Positions 36,133-45,377 of a stretch of DNA of 64,000 nucleotides are shown piece after piece. Source of the stretch: Planctomycetota bacterium (GTDB lineage Bacteria; Planctomycetota; Phycisphaerae; Sedimentisphaerales; Anaerobacaceae); NCBI GenBank assembly GCA_042576845.1, contig JBHPEQ010000004.1, forward strand, positions 1,131 through 65,130, read 5' to 3'. The stretch's first letter is position 1, and each line of letters starts with the position of its first letter. The notes under the pieces were generated by a model. It saw only the letters and a list, made by a program, of their open reading frames with translations. It was not told where the DNA came from and searched no databases. A program made the translations under genes and the position numbers.

Positions 36133-39100
36133 TCATTGTGTATCTTGAATAAAAATTCTGAAAGAACGCAGTTGCTTCTTTGCATCCTCAACTAAATCCT
36201 GCTGTCCCGAAGCCGACGCAATTTCCAGCGATTTTTCCGCAACAGCTACCGCTTGGTCAATCTGACCGGCACTAAAATAGGCATTCGCCAAGGTACCCAG
36301 GACGCGAAGTAAATGATAGCAGCTATATTTGTTGCCAGCTTCGTTAGTTAGCTTGAATGTTTCTTTGTATTCCACTGCGGCTTCGGCAAATCGTCCCATA
36401 TTGGCTAAAATCACTCCCTTATTGAAATGGGCATCGGGGTTCCGTGGGGCCAGTTTCACCGCTTGCTCGGCGGCAGTAAGAGAATTTTGTATATCACCAT
36501 TTTTGAGAACAGCTACGGACCTGAACATCCACGCCGCAGGAGAGCTGGGAAAAATCTTAAGTATATCCTCGGCAAGCGAAAGTGATTTTTCTATTTCGCC
36601 TGAGTTTATCATACGCATGCCGCTGGTAAAAAGCAATCTCTCAACCCTCTCCCTTGCATCCAGCAGAACAGCGTCGTCTGGTAATACCGCCAGAGAAGCC
36701 ATACAATGCCGGAGCTTGACCAGGAGATCTGCAACTCCGTATGATGCAAGCAGCTCAGTGAAGGCCATGTAATGTTTGTTGTAATCTGCAATCCACCGAC
36801 TTTTTTGCTCATCACTGAAACCGGTCCAGTCAATATGGTCATAAATAGTGTTACTCCGAAGATTCATAACGAATCTTTCGAAAATCGTTCTTTCAGAAGA
36901 AGGACCGTCCACAGTGAACTCTACAAACGGCTGATAATCGCTATTTATTTGATATTGGCCGAGGACCTTTCGTAAATCCTGCTCATCGCCAACATAGCAG
37001 CTCAGCAAATCAATGCTGTCATAAACACCCATTTCAGCCAAGCTTTTGTGCACCTTTTCGTTTTCAAACTGCTGCTGCATATAGTTCGGGGAAAAATACT
37101 GCTGTTGTTCTGAGCCAATTAACCACACACAACTTAAATTATAATTATTTAAGAACCATATCGTTACATGTGGGAAAACATCCATTAACGTGCCCGTGAT
37201 ACTTTCCAATACGGAGACCGGCATATCATAGGTTGGTATCCATGAAAGGATTATACCTCCGTCATTGAGGCGCTTTCTGGCGCTTTCGTAACATTCCTTT
37301 GTATAAAGAGATGCGTTCTCAGCAAAAAGTCTTGGATGAATCGAGTCATTCATGATTACGTCATATTTTTTGTCGCTCAAATGAAGATAGTTTTTTGCGT
37401 CCATATAAATCATATTTATTTCATCATTGAGTTTCTCGCCGAGATTAATGTGAGTGAAGTATTCCATCGAAACATCAACAACCTCCGGCGCAATCTCAAC
37501 GCAGTCGACCCGCTCAAAGTCGTGGCGGGCAAGGCAGGCTGTCGTTTCACCGGAGCCGAACCCCACGGTCAGAACGATGTCTGTATTCTTATTAAGCATA
37601 AGCCCAAAATGTCCCAGAATTTTCTGGTCGAAGCGTGTTGACGCTCCATCTCCCGCTACTGGCTGGCCTGCTGAGTATAGATACAGAGCGCCGTCTTCGG
37701 TATCTCTTTTGACGGAAACAGTGGTTGTAAGCCCTTCTTTTACTTCCAACAGTCGAAAATTCCGATTCTGTTCAAGTTTGTCCAAAGTGCTCATTTCAAC
37801 TATAGTATTGAATAAACTGGATGGAATTACAAACATAGCCATTGTCAACAGGATGGCTACGCCCAGAAGCGTTCTATGTCCGACGATTCTGGTTCCCTTC
37901 GCAAATCGAAAATACATAATGCCGGCAATCCATACTCCGGATAAAGCAAGAATGGAGATAGAAAGCTGAACGCCAAGAGTTGGTATAAGGACAAAGCCGG
38001 TTAAAATCCCACCAATTACAGCACCAATGGTATTCGCACCATAAGCCATTCCGGTGGAGCGCCCAACTTTGTGCAGATGATTCGCACAGGCCTGCAGGGC
38101 TATGGGAAAACCTATCCCCATAATAATTGCGGGCACCAAAAACAAAAATGTGCTTTGAACGACAGGGCCGATTACATAAGCTGTGAATCCGAAACGGTCA
38201 TGTATGGAACCAAAGAGCCGATTGGCAAACGGAAGCACCTTTGAGCTCCACAATAACAGTACAGGAAGGTAAGCGAAACCGCATAGACCCAACAATGACA
38301 GAGTTACAGAAAATCCAACAACGGGTTTTCTCAATCGATGTGCCAATCTGCTGCCGAAGCCGGCCCCGATTACATTGCCAAGAAGATAAATTGTCAAGAC
38401 AGCGCTGAAGACATAAGTGGCCCCGCCGATCAAATGGACAATGCTCCTCATCCACAGAAGCTCATATCCTATACTAATCAGGCCGCTCATAAAAAATGCC
38501 AGAATCAGCAGATAGTATTGTCTGTGCGCCCTTTTAGAGACCGCAGTTTCTGATATCTTTGCAGCAACAGGTTCAGCGGCTTCCGGCGAAACCACGTGAA
38601 AGCGTGATAAAAGTGCGCTGCCAAACACCACTAAAAGATTTAAGCCCGCTGCGGTATACAAGGTGCCCATAACTCCGAACGCCCTGATGAAAACAAATCC
38701 CGCCAAAAAGCATCCTGTCGCAGCTCCAAATGTATTCAACGCATATAAGCGCCCGACAAGGTGACCTGTCTGCTTTTCGAGAGCGGTAATGAATCTACCC
38801 AAAAGAGGAAGCGTGCTCCCCATCAGCATCGAGGGAACAAGCAAGAGAGCTGACGATATTACAACCTGAACTATCAGAAGTAAAACGTGAGATGGATTAA
38901 ATGAGCGATAAAACCAGATATAAATATTATCCACAAGTCTAAGCGCGAACGGCAGAGATACTGCCGATATTGTAACCAGCATCTCGAGCAAGGCATATAA
39001 ACGCAAATGCCTTTTAACCCTGTCGGCATATCGGCTCATCACAAAGGCGCCGAGCGCCAGGCCGCCCATAAAAACTGAGACCACAATGCTCGATGCGTAA

Positions 39101-39261
39101 ACCGTATTGCCAAGTGTCAGCTTTAACAGCCGAACCCAGACAACCTCATCTATTAAAGAGCACGCACCTGAAGCAAAATAAATCAGCATTATCCAGTTGA
39201 TGCACGCCCGCTTCGAAAGAACAAAGGCGCCTGCATTGATATCTTGACCATTTTCAGACAT
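36133..39261 (-). CDS. Fusion of a polytopic (MFS-like) membrane domain, a spermidine-synthase-like methyltransferase-fold domain and C-terminal TPR repeats
   Basis: 1042 aa. About 480 aa of repeated hydrophobic helices, then LTVGFGSGETT...VDCVEIAP.V...DVIMNDS (spermidine synthase/SAM-MTase-like), then TPR-like repeats at the C-terminus. Confidence 0.7.
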   Translation of the reverse strand: MSENGQDINAGAFVLSKRACINWIMLIYFASGACSLIDEVVWVRLLKLTLGNTVYASSIVVSVFMGGLALGAFVMSRYADRVKRHLRLYALLEMLVTISAVSLPFALRLVDNIYIWFYRSFNPSHVLLLIVQVVISSALLLVPSMLMGSTLPLLGRFITALEKQTGHLVGRLYALNTFGAATGCFLAGFVFIRAFGVMGTLYTAAGLNLLVVFGSALLSRFHVVSPEAAEPVAAKISETAVSKRAHRQYYLLILAFFMSGLISIGYELLWMRSIVHLIGGATYVFSAVLTIYLLGNVIGAGFGSRLAHRLRKPVVGFSVTLSLLGLCGFAYLPVLLLWSSKVLPFANRLFGSIHDRFGFTAYVIGPVVQSTFLFLVPAIIMGIGFPIALQACANHLHKVGRSTGMAYGANTIGAVIGGILTGFVLIPTLGVQLSISILALSGVWIAGIMYFRFAKGTRIVGHRTLLGVAILLTMAMFVIPSSLFNTIVEMSTLDKLEQNRNFRLLEVKEGLTTTVSVKRDTEDGALYLYSAGQPVAGDGASTRFDQKILGHFGLMLNKNTDIVLTVGFGSGETTACLARHDFERVDCVEIAPEVVDVSMEYFTHINLGEKLNDEINMIYMDAKNYLHLSDKKYDVIMNDSIHPRLFAENASLYTKECYESARKRLNDGGIILSWIPTYDMPVSVLESITGTLMDVFPHVTIWFLNNYNLSCVWLIGSEQQQYFSPNYMQQQFENEKVHKSLAEMGVYDSIDLLSCYVGDEQDLRKVLGQYQINSDYQPFVEFTVDGPSSERTIFERFVMNLRSNTIYDHIDWTGFSDEQKSRWIADYNKHYMAFTELLASYGVADLLVKLRHCMASLAVLPDDAVLLDARERVERLLFTSGMRMINSGEIEKSLSLAEDILKIFPSSPAAWMFRSVAVLKNGDIQNSLTAAEQAVKLAPRNPDAHFNKGVILANMGRFAEAAVEYKETFKLTNEAGNKYSCYHLLRVLGTLANAYFSAGQIDQAVAVAEKSLEIASASGQQDLVEDAKKQLRSFRIFIQDTQ

Positions 39262-39493
39262 TTTTTAAACTACTCTCTGCACCTGTTATAACACTAAACC
39301 AAAAATTTAATCGCTTCCGGTCCGTAGCATTTCACATATCGTATCCTGATGACCTGAGATTAAACCACAAAAGCTGCAAATCTGAACGGCATTATGGCCA
39401 ACTTTGCTTTGAAAACAAGTAATTTTCCCAAATGTTGATGCTATTACCGAGTCCGGAACTGAAATGCTCAAACAAAAAAATGCGAGGGTATCT

Positions 39494-41233
39494 CTAAAAT
39501 GCCTCCGGTAAAACCTTTCGGGTAACGTCGCGCAGATAATTTGAAATCTGTCTCTCGGAATTCATACCAAGTACCTTGCGGGCTATATTGTTGCACTCTC
39601 CTGTCGTAACTGAACGTATAATTTGCTTTACTTCCGGTATCATAGGCGGGGCCAGAGACAGCACGCGAACGCCCATCCCCAGAAGCAGCATTATACATTC
39701 AGGCTCAGAGGCCATCTCCCCACAAATGCTCAAGTCTATCTGAGCTTTGTGAGCATCCTGTATTATAGTTCTGATAAGCCGAAGAACCGCAGGGTCAACC
39801 GCAGAATACATCGTGGAAACCAACTCATTCCCACGGTCGACCGCAAGCGTGTACTGGGTTAAATCGTTTGTACCGATACTGAAGAAATCAACGTCTCGTG
39901 CCAGAGTCGCTCCCATCAACGCAGCGGACGGTGTCTCAATCATAATTCCAGTTTGAATATCACGGTTGTAGCTGATGCCTTCTTCATCAAGGTCTTCCAT
40001 AATGTCACGCAAAATCATCTTTGTCTGCATCAACTCCTTGATATTCGTGATAAGCGGAAACATTATTTTAACCTCGCCGAGGACGGAAGCCCGAAGAATA
40101 GCATGAAGCTGCGTTTTGAATATATCAAGATTCTGCAGGCAAAAACGGATGGACCTAAGTCCCAAAAACGGGTTCGGTTCCGGTGCAAATCGCTTGCTCT
40201 GAGTATATTTGTCAGCTCCAAGGTCAACCGTCCTTATTATCACAGGTCGATGCTTAAAAACACTGACTGTCTGGGCATAAGCTTCATAATGTTCCTGCTC
40301 TGTTGGTTCGTTGTCACGGTTAAGATATAAAAATTCCGTTCGATATAAACCTATTCCCTCGCCGCCGTCCTCCAGAACACTTGCTGCTTCCTGCGGGAAT
40401 TCGATGTTTCCAAGCAAAGTAATTTTTGTCCCGTCACGAGTTACAGCGGGCTTTTCTTTTATTGCACCGAACTTATGCTCCAGTTGTATGAATCCTTTGG
40501 AATATTCTTCATACTTCTGGATTATCTGCTCATCCGGATTTACAATAACAATGCCGCGATTGCCGTCTACGATTACGGTATCCCCGCCGCTGACGATTTC
40601 GGTAAAGTCTTCGAGCGCCACAACAGCAGGTATGCCCAAAGACCGTGCAACAATCGCTGCGTGAGAGGTTCGCCCACCTGCATCAGATGCAATTCCCTTG
40701 ACGTATTTTTTATTAAAACCCGCTGTCTGCGTTGGGCTCAGTTCCCGGACAACGATTACAACCTCCTCGGAAAGATTTTCAATGTCCTCTTTCTTTCTAC
40801 CGAGAAGCTGACGCAGCAGACGTCTTTCAATATCGTAAATATCTGCCGCCCGCTCGCTGATATAAGGGTCGTTGACCTTGCTGAAATGCGCAGCAATTTC
40901 TCGAAGAGTCGAGGAGACTGCATACTCAGCTGTTACTGAATCGGTCTGAATCAAATCCCTTATTTTCTTTTGAATACTTTTGTCCCGAAGGAAACGTTGA
41001 TGAACAGCAAAAATGTCCTTTATTTCCCGCTGCTTGATATTACCTCCAGAGGCAGCTATCTCTGTCAATTTGTGAGAAGCATCCGTAAATGCCTTCTTAA
41101 CGCGTTGAATTTCTATTGCACGTTTCAAGGGATTTATTGACCGCCGCGGAATCAGATAATCTTCGGAATCAATAATCAGCGATTTGGCTATTGAAATGCC
41201 CGGAGAGACAGATATTCCTTTTCTTATTTCCAT
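39494..41233 (-). CDS. ptsI: Phosphoenolpyruvate-protein phosphotransferase (PTS Enzyme I)
   Basis: The active-site His block GGRTSHAAIVARSLGIPAV plus GLYRTEFL, LRSIR and FFSIGTNDLTQY. No N-terminal GAF domain. Confidence 0.9.
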   Translation of the reverse strand: MEIRKGISVSPGISIAKSLIIDSEDYLIPRRSINPLKRAIEIQRVKKAFTDASHKLTEIAASGGNIKQREIKDIFAVHQRFLRDKSIQKKIRDLIQTDSVTAEYAVSSTLREIAAHFSKVNDPYISERAADIYDIERRLLRQLLGRKKEDIENLSEEVVIVVRELSPTQTAGFNKKYVKGIASDAGGRTSHAAIVARSLGIPAVVALEDFTEIVSGGDTVIVDGNRGIVIVNPDEQIIQKYEEYSKGFIQLEHKFGAIKEKPAVTRDGTKITLLGNIEFPQEAASVLEDGGEGIGLYRTEFLYLNRDNEPTEQEHYEAYAQTVSVFKHRPVIIRTVDLGADKYTQSKRFAPEPNPFLGLRSIRFCLQNLDIFKTQLHAILRASVLGEVKIMFPLITNIKELMQTKMILRDIMEDLDEEGISYNRDIQTGIMIETPSAALMGATLARDVDFFSIGTNDLTQYTLAVDRGNELVSTMYSAVDPAVLRLIRTIIQDAHKAQIDLSICGEMASEPECIMLLLGMGVRVLSLAPPMIPEVKQIIRSVTTGECNNIARKVLGMNSERQISNYLRDVTRKVLPEAF

Positions 41234-41264
41234 AACATACCTTCACCGAATCCTAATTTTTTTT

Positions 41265-41612
41265 CTACCCGTCCCGCCCCTGGCTGTTCGAAGGGCGGGG
41301 CTCGTTAGGTGTCGGTTCTCCGAACAGTTTTTCTTCAACGAGCTGCTTCAAAGCTCCCACCGCTTTCTCGGCATCTCTTCCCTGAGCTTTTATCTTTAAC
41401 TTTGTCCCGCTCGTGGCCGCCAGTGTGGTCATCTGCATTATACTCTTTGCATCTGCTGTGTCTTTATCATTACTGACGGTAATTTCACTTTCAAACTCGT
41501 TTGCAAGGTCAACAAAATGCATCGCCGGACGCATATGAAGACCGTCTGAATTCTTAATTTCTATCTCGTCTTCGCAAACTTGCTTGTCCAATATTTCGTC
41601 TCCCACCAGCAT
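41265..41612 (-). CDS. ptsH: HPr-family phosphocarrier protein (HPr/NPr) with Pro-rich C-terminal tail
   Basis: GLHMRPA (His15 region) and AKSIMQM (Ser46 region). The C-terminal tail is FGEPTPNEPRPSNSQGRDG. Confidence 0.8.
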   Translation of the reverse strand: MLVGDEILDKQVCEDEIEIKNSDGLHMRPAMHFVDLANEFESEITVSNDKDTADAKSIMQMTTLAATSGTKLKIKAQGRDAEKAVGALKQLVEEKLFGEPTPNEPRPSNSQGRDG

Positions 41613-41656
41613 TTCCCGTCCTCATCGACTCCAACCGCAGTTATATTTTGATAAAA

Positions 41657-42130
41657 TCATAAAAATACATTATCATCAGCTTCTCTGAAAAGCTCTTCAA
41701 TCGCCTTTGCGCTCTGGGCCTGCCTTAAAAATTTTCGAAATGTTTCATTCTGAAGATGCTTAAAAATCCTCTCCATCGCCTGTAGATGTTTGTCAGGGTC
41801 ATCCACAGGGCTGAGCATAAGTATTACCGAATAAACAGGGAGCTTATCAAGAGAGGAAAAATCAATACCGCTGCTGCTTTGGCCGACCGTAACCATTATA
41901 TTCTTAACACGGGGATGTTTAACATGAGGAACTGCAACACCCTTGCCCATCCCTGTGCTCGCTTCATTTTCTCTTTTTATCACCGCTTTGTAAAGTTCTT
42001 TACGTTTGCCTCTTCCAAGTTTACCGCATTTATCGAGAGCTGTCATCAGCTCTATAATCACATCGTCCCGGTCTGTGGCCTCCAGCTCGGGAATTACTGC
42101 ATCAAAACATAAAAAATCTGCAAACTTCAT
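41657..42130 (-). CDS. ptsN: PTS EIIA-Ntr-type (fructose/mannitol-family IIA) regulatory protein
   Basis: 157 aa with E.STGMGKGVAVPHVKH containing the phosphorylatable His. It sits in an hpf-ptsN context. Confidence 0.8.
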   Translation of the reverse strand: MKFADFLCFDAVIPELEATDRDDVIIELMTALDKCGKLGRGKRKELYKAVIKRENEASTGMGKGVAVPHVKHPRVKNIMVTVGQSSSGIDFSSLDKLPVYSVILMLSPVDDPDKHLQAMERIFKHLQNETFRKFLRQAQSAKAIEELFREADDNVFL

Positions 42131-42209
42131 CTTGTCCTTCCTGATTTATTCTCACCTGCTTTTTGTCGGCTCAATCAAAACCGGAGCTTGAACGCCATAC
42201 CAAAGGCGG

Positions 42210-42524
42210 TTAACCGACTGAGTGTTTATTGTTACGCTCTTTTTCTTTTTTCCTTCTCAACTGCCGTTCGAGTTTATGAACCGCTAAATCAATACCCTTA
42301 TAAGCGTCGTTACTCGTCTCTTCGGCAATAAATACCTTATTGTGTTCAGCCCTCGCTGTTATATTGACGCTGATATTATTATGTTTGTTACCGTCTATCA
42401 GTACTTTGACCTGATTGATGCTGTTGTAATATCTCGGAAGTTTGGCGGTTTTTTCCTGCGCGTAATTCTTAACAGCTTCGGTTATATCGGTATGCCTGCC
42501 TGTAATAATAAAGTCCAAAATCAA
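42210..42524 (-). CDS. hpf: Ribosome hibernation promoting factor (short HPF/YhbH type)
   Basis: ITGRHTDITEAVKNYAQEKTAKL matches the HPF N-terminus. The track start is a TTG directly abutting AAGGAGG, so the TTG two codons downstream (42518) has better SD spacing and the true start is uncertain by 6 nt. Confidence 0.85.
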   Translation of the reverse strand: MILDFIITGRHTDITEAVKNYAQEKTAKLPRYYNSINQVKVLIDGNKHNNISVNITARAEHNKVFIAEETSNDAYKGIDLAVHKLERQLRRKKEKERNNKHSVG

Positions 42525-43276
42525 CCTCCTTGCTTATCATCCGACAACATTTTTTTTGTGCTTTTTCCATCTGGGGATTCCCCCTTCCCCAAGGCACTCC
42601 TTCTGTGCTCATCGGGAGATATAACGCCCGCACTGACTGCAAACCTGAATGCCTCTTCTACCGTCATATCCAATGGTATGGTCAGTTCCTTAGGCACCAT
42701 TATCACATAACCTGTAACCGGCATCGGCGAATTAGGTATTAGAATAGTAAGAAATTCCTTTTCAACATTGTCTACTAACTTTTTAAGGCCGCTGCCGGTT
42801 ACAAAACCTATCGACCATATCCCTTCACGAGGATATTCTACCGCCACTACGCGAGAGAACATCTTTTTCTGCTCTTCCTGCGTTAAAACAAAATCAGTAA
42901 CCTGTTTTACATAAGGATAAACCCGCCTCAAAAGAGGCGTATTCATTATAAATTTCTCTACAAGCCGCCAGAGACTCTTGCCAACAACGCTGGCCAATAT
43001 CGCACCAATTATGCAAACAGCAATGACCGCTATAATGAACCCTGCTATTGCCAGGGCTGTATCTACCCACAATTTACTTAGTTCTTCAGCGCTGCCGCCT
43101 GAAAATTCTATCAATCGAATTAAACCACGCTTGATATGAATACTGATTTTGCTCTGGATAAACCTGTAGCCCCAGACGAATATCCAAATCGTCACAATAC
43201 TCGGCAGTAATACCGCTAACCCCCGAAAAAAATAGCTTTTAAGACGTCCGCTTATCGGCATATTCTTAAACAACAA
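42521..43276 (-). CDS. DUF502-family membrane protein
   Basis: Two N-terminal TM helices. The C-terminal block IPNSPMPVTGYVIMVPKELTIPLDMTVEEAFRFAVSAGV is typical of DUF502. It overlaps the annotated hpf start. Confidence 0.7.
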   Translation of the reverse strand: MLFKNMPISGRLKSYFFRGLAVLLPSIVTIWIFVWGYRFIQSKISIHIKRGLIRLIEFSGGSAEELSKLWVDTALAIAGFIIAVIAVCIIGAILASVVGKSLWRLVEKFIMNTPLLRRVYPYVKQVTDFVLTQEEQKKMFSRVVAVEYPREGIWSIGFVTGSGLKKLVDNVEKEFLTILIPNSPMPVTGYVIMVPKELTIPLDMTVEEAFRFAVSAGVISPDEHRRSALGKGESPDGKSTKKMLSDDKQGG

Positions 43277-43353
43277 TCCTTTGCTGTGACTAAAGTATCT
43301 TTTACAACTCCAAACAGCCCACAGAGTTGCTTACAATCAACTAAAAAGACAGA

Positions 43354-44409
43354 TTACTCTATCGGTTCATCGGAGTCAACAAAAATCTCTTTCGGTAAAT
43401 GAATCCCCGTTAAATGTATTACCGCCCCTGGAAGGGAGGTAATCATCCAAATAGCCCGCTGAGAAAGTGCTATCGCCCAGGCTGCAGATTCCTCAAGGCC
43501 GGCAAATTTAGTAAACAGGATAACTAGAGAACCTTCAATCACCACCGCTCCTCCAATACTAACAGGAAGAGCCCCTAAAGCCCACGTCAGAGTAAAGAAA
43601 ACGTAGTAATATTTGATGCTGATATCAATTCCCATATTCAGGCCTAATAACCAAAAGCCCGTAATCGACAGAATCTGCACAAAAAAGGTCAGCAGGAACA
43701 CCGTAACTATTGCCACAGGTTTGCTTCTATAAAGTTTTGCTGCCTCTCGGAGCCTGAAAAACGTCTTCTTAAGGTTAAGATTAATAAGCGAACATAGCTT
43801 CTGCAGTTTTTGTCGACCTGCTCTGCTTACTAAAAAAACGCAAAATACAACTGCTACGGCCAAAACTATGCCTAAAATAATCCATTTATAAGCTGCGAGA
43901 CCCGCTAAAAAACGGCTTTTATTTTTGGAAGCAATTACAAGGCCTTGGCCTCGCAGAAAAAGCAAGTAAAAAAAAGCAGCAATTATAAGCGTGCTCAACA
44001 ATCCGATTACCCTGTCGACAAATACGCTTAATGCCGCCTCGAACCGTTTATCCGTATGTTTGGTCACATACCAGGCCCGAACCAAATCACCCCCTACAGA
44101 ACCGGGCATAAAATTATTATAAAACCAGCCCAAAAAATACAATCTGACAGATGCCCAAAAACCTATAAAGATAGACTGAGTCCTCAGCAGTAACCACCAG
44201 CGCAAGCTTACTATAATATGGCACACAGTATATGCGCCGATGATACCGGCAAAAACTCCGATGTTCATTAGACGAAAATATTCTACAAAACTGACCCATC
44301 TCTGCTCCTGGCTGATTCGGCTTACCGCCCAGATTACCCCGGCAGCAACTACAACAATCCGCAGCAGCGTAAATATATACTTACTTTTTCCGGATTTTGC
44401 CTTGGGCAT
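43354..44409 (-). CDS. UPF0104 / lysylphosphatidylglycerol-synthase-TM-region-like (flippase-like) polytopic membrane protein
   Basis: 351 aa with about 8 TM segments and the conserved motif PGSVGGDLVRAWY. Confidence 0.65.
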   Translation of the reverse strand: MPKAKSGKSKYIFTLLRIVVVAAGVIWAVSRISQEQRWVSFVEYFRLMNIGVFAGIIGAYTVCHIIVSLRWWLLLRTQSIFIGFWASVRLYFLGWFYNNFMPGSVGGDLVRAWYVTKHTDKRFEAALSVFVDRVIGLLSTLIIAAFFYLLFLRGQGLVIASKNKSRFLAGLAAYKWIILGIVLAVAVVFCVFLVSRAGRQKLQKLCSLINLNLKKTFFRLREAAKLYRSKPVAIVTVFLLTFFVQILSITGFWLLGLNMGIDISIKYYYVFFTLTWALGALPVSIGGAVVIEGSLVILFTKFAGLEESAAWAIALSQRAIWMITSLPGAVIHLTGIHLPKEIFVDSDEPIE

Positions 44410-44549
44410 ATAAAAAGCTGTCCTTAAAAAAACTTGTTTTAACGAATAATAACGTGTAAAAATATATTAGGCAAGAATTTATATCATCAATGATCGCAGA
44501 CAAATCAACAATGATTGTATAAAAAACTTTTAACGAATAGGAGTTGCTG

Positions 44550-44963
44550 ATGGCGGCAAAAGAAAAAATCGAAGCCAGTCTTGAACTTACCCCACAATTC
44601 GATTCAAACGGCCTGATTACAGCCATAGCTCAGGATGCTAAAACCGGACAGATTTTGATGGTCGCTTATATGAACCAGGCAGCCCTGGATGAAACAATCA
44701 AAACCGGCTATGCTACATACTTCAGCAGGTCACGCCAAAAACTGTGGAAAAAAGGCGAAAAAAGCGGCCATTTTCAAAAGGTCGAACAAATTCTCATCGA
44801 CTGCGACCAGGATTGCCTCCTTCTGAAAGTAACCGTTGATGCCGGCCAATGCCACGTCGGATACCACTCCTGCTTTTATCGTGCCTTGAAGAAAAACAGC
44901 TATAAAGAGCTGAAATTCGTTGCAAAAAAAGTCTATAACCCAAAAGACGTTTACAAAAAATAA
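44550..44963 (+). CDS. hisI: Phosphoribosyl-AMP cyclohydrolase (monofunctional)
   Basis: The ATG at 44550 is preceded by AGGAG with a 6-nt spacer. Motifs SRSRQKLWKKGEKSGH, DCDQDCLLLKV and CH.GY.SCFY. Confidence 0.85.
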   Translation: MAAKEKIEASLELTPQFDSNGLITAIAQDAKTGQILMVAYMNQAALDETIKTGYATYFSRSRQKLWKKGEKSGHFQKVEQILIDCDQDCLLLKVTVDAGQCHVGYHSCFYRALKKNSYKELKFVAKKVYNPKDVYKK

Positions 44964-45377
44964 ACAAACAGTCCCCCTGGGCTTTCTATAACTACATAGT
45001 GTTAAAGAGCTTAGACAATTTTCGATTCTGCATCAGGCCTTACGTCCGATAATTTTCTTGACTTTCTTTCCTATCCGTTTATTATATTTGTTATACGAGC
45101 TTAGGATTTTTTGAGGAACTTTGATGATGCTTTTTCAGCTGTCTATGTCCTTCGGTGGGGGGCGTTTACACCCCTTTGTTGTCAGGTTCCTGGCAATACA
45201 GTGTCTCCCTATCCTGAATATCCACGTCTTCATTAATCACATTTGTTACTTATTCGGTCATTTGCAGAATAAGGGTCTATGTCAAAACAGCAGACCGGCG
45301 GCTTGTGCCGCAGGATAATTTATATACTGAAAGCTATTTTGCATTAACAAATGGAACTTTTTGTGGAGGATTTGATT

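Noticed and set aside
45064-45377. A possible riboswitch (c-di-GMP, cobalamin or similar) in the long leader of the giant gene.
   Set aside because: I could not find any conserved riboswitch core sequence by eye. Only generic hairpins are present, and those are reported separately as a low-interest finding.
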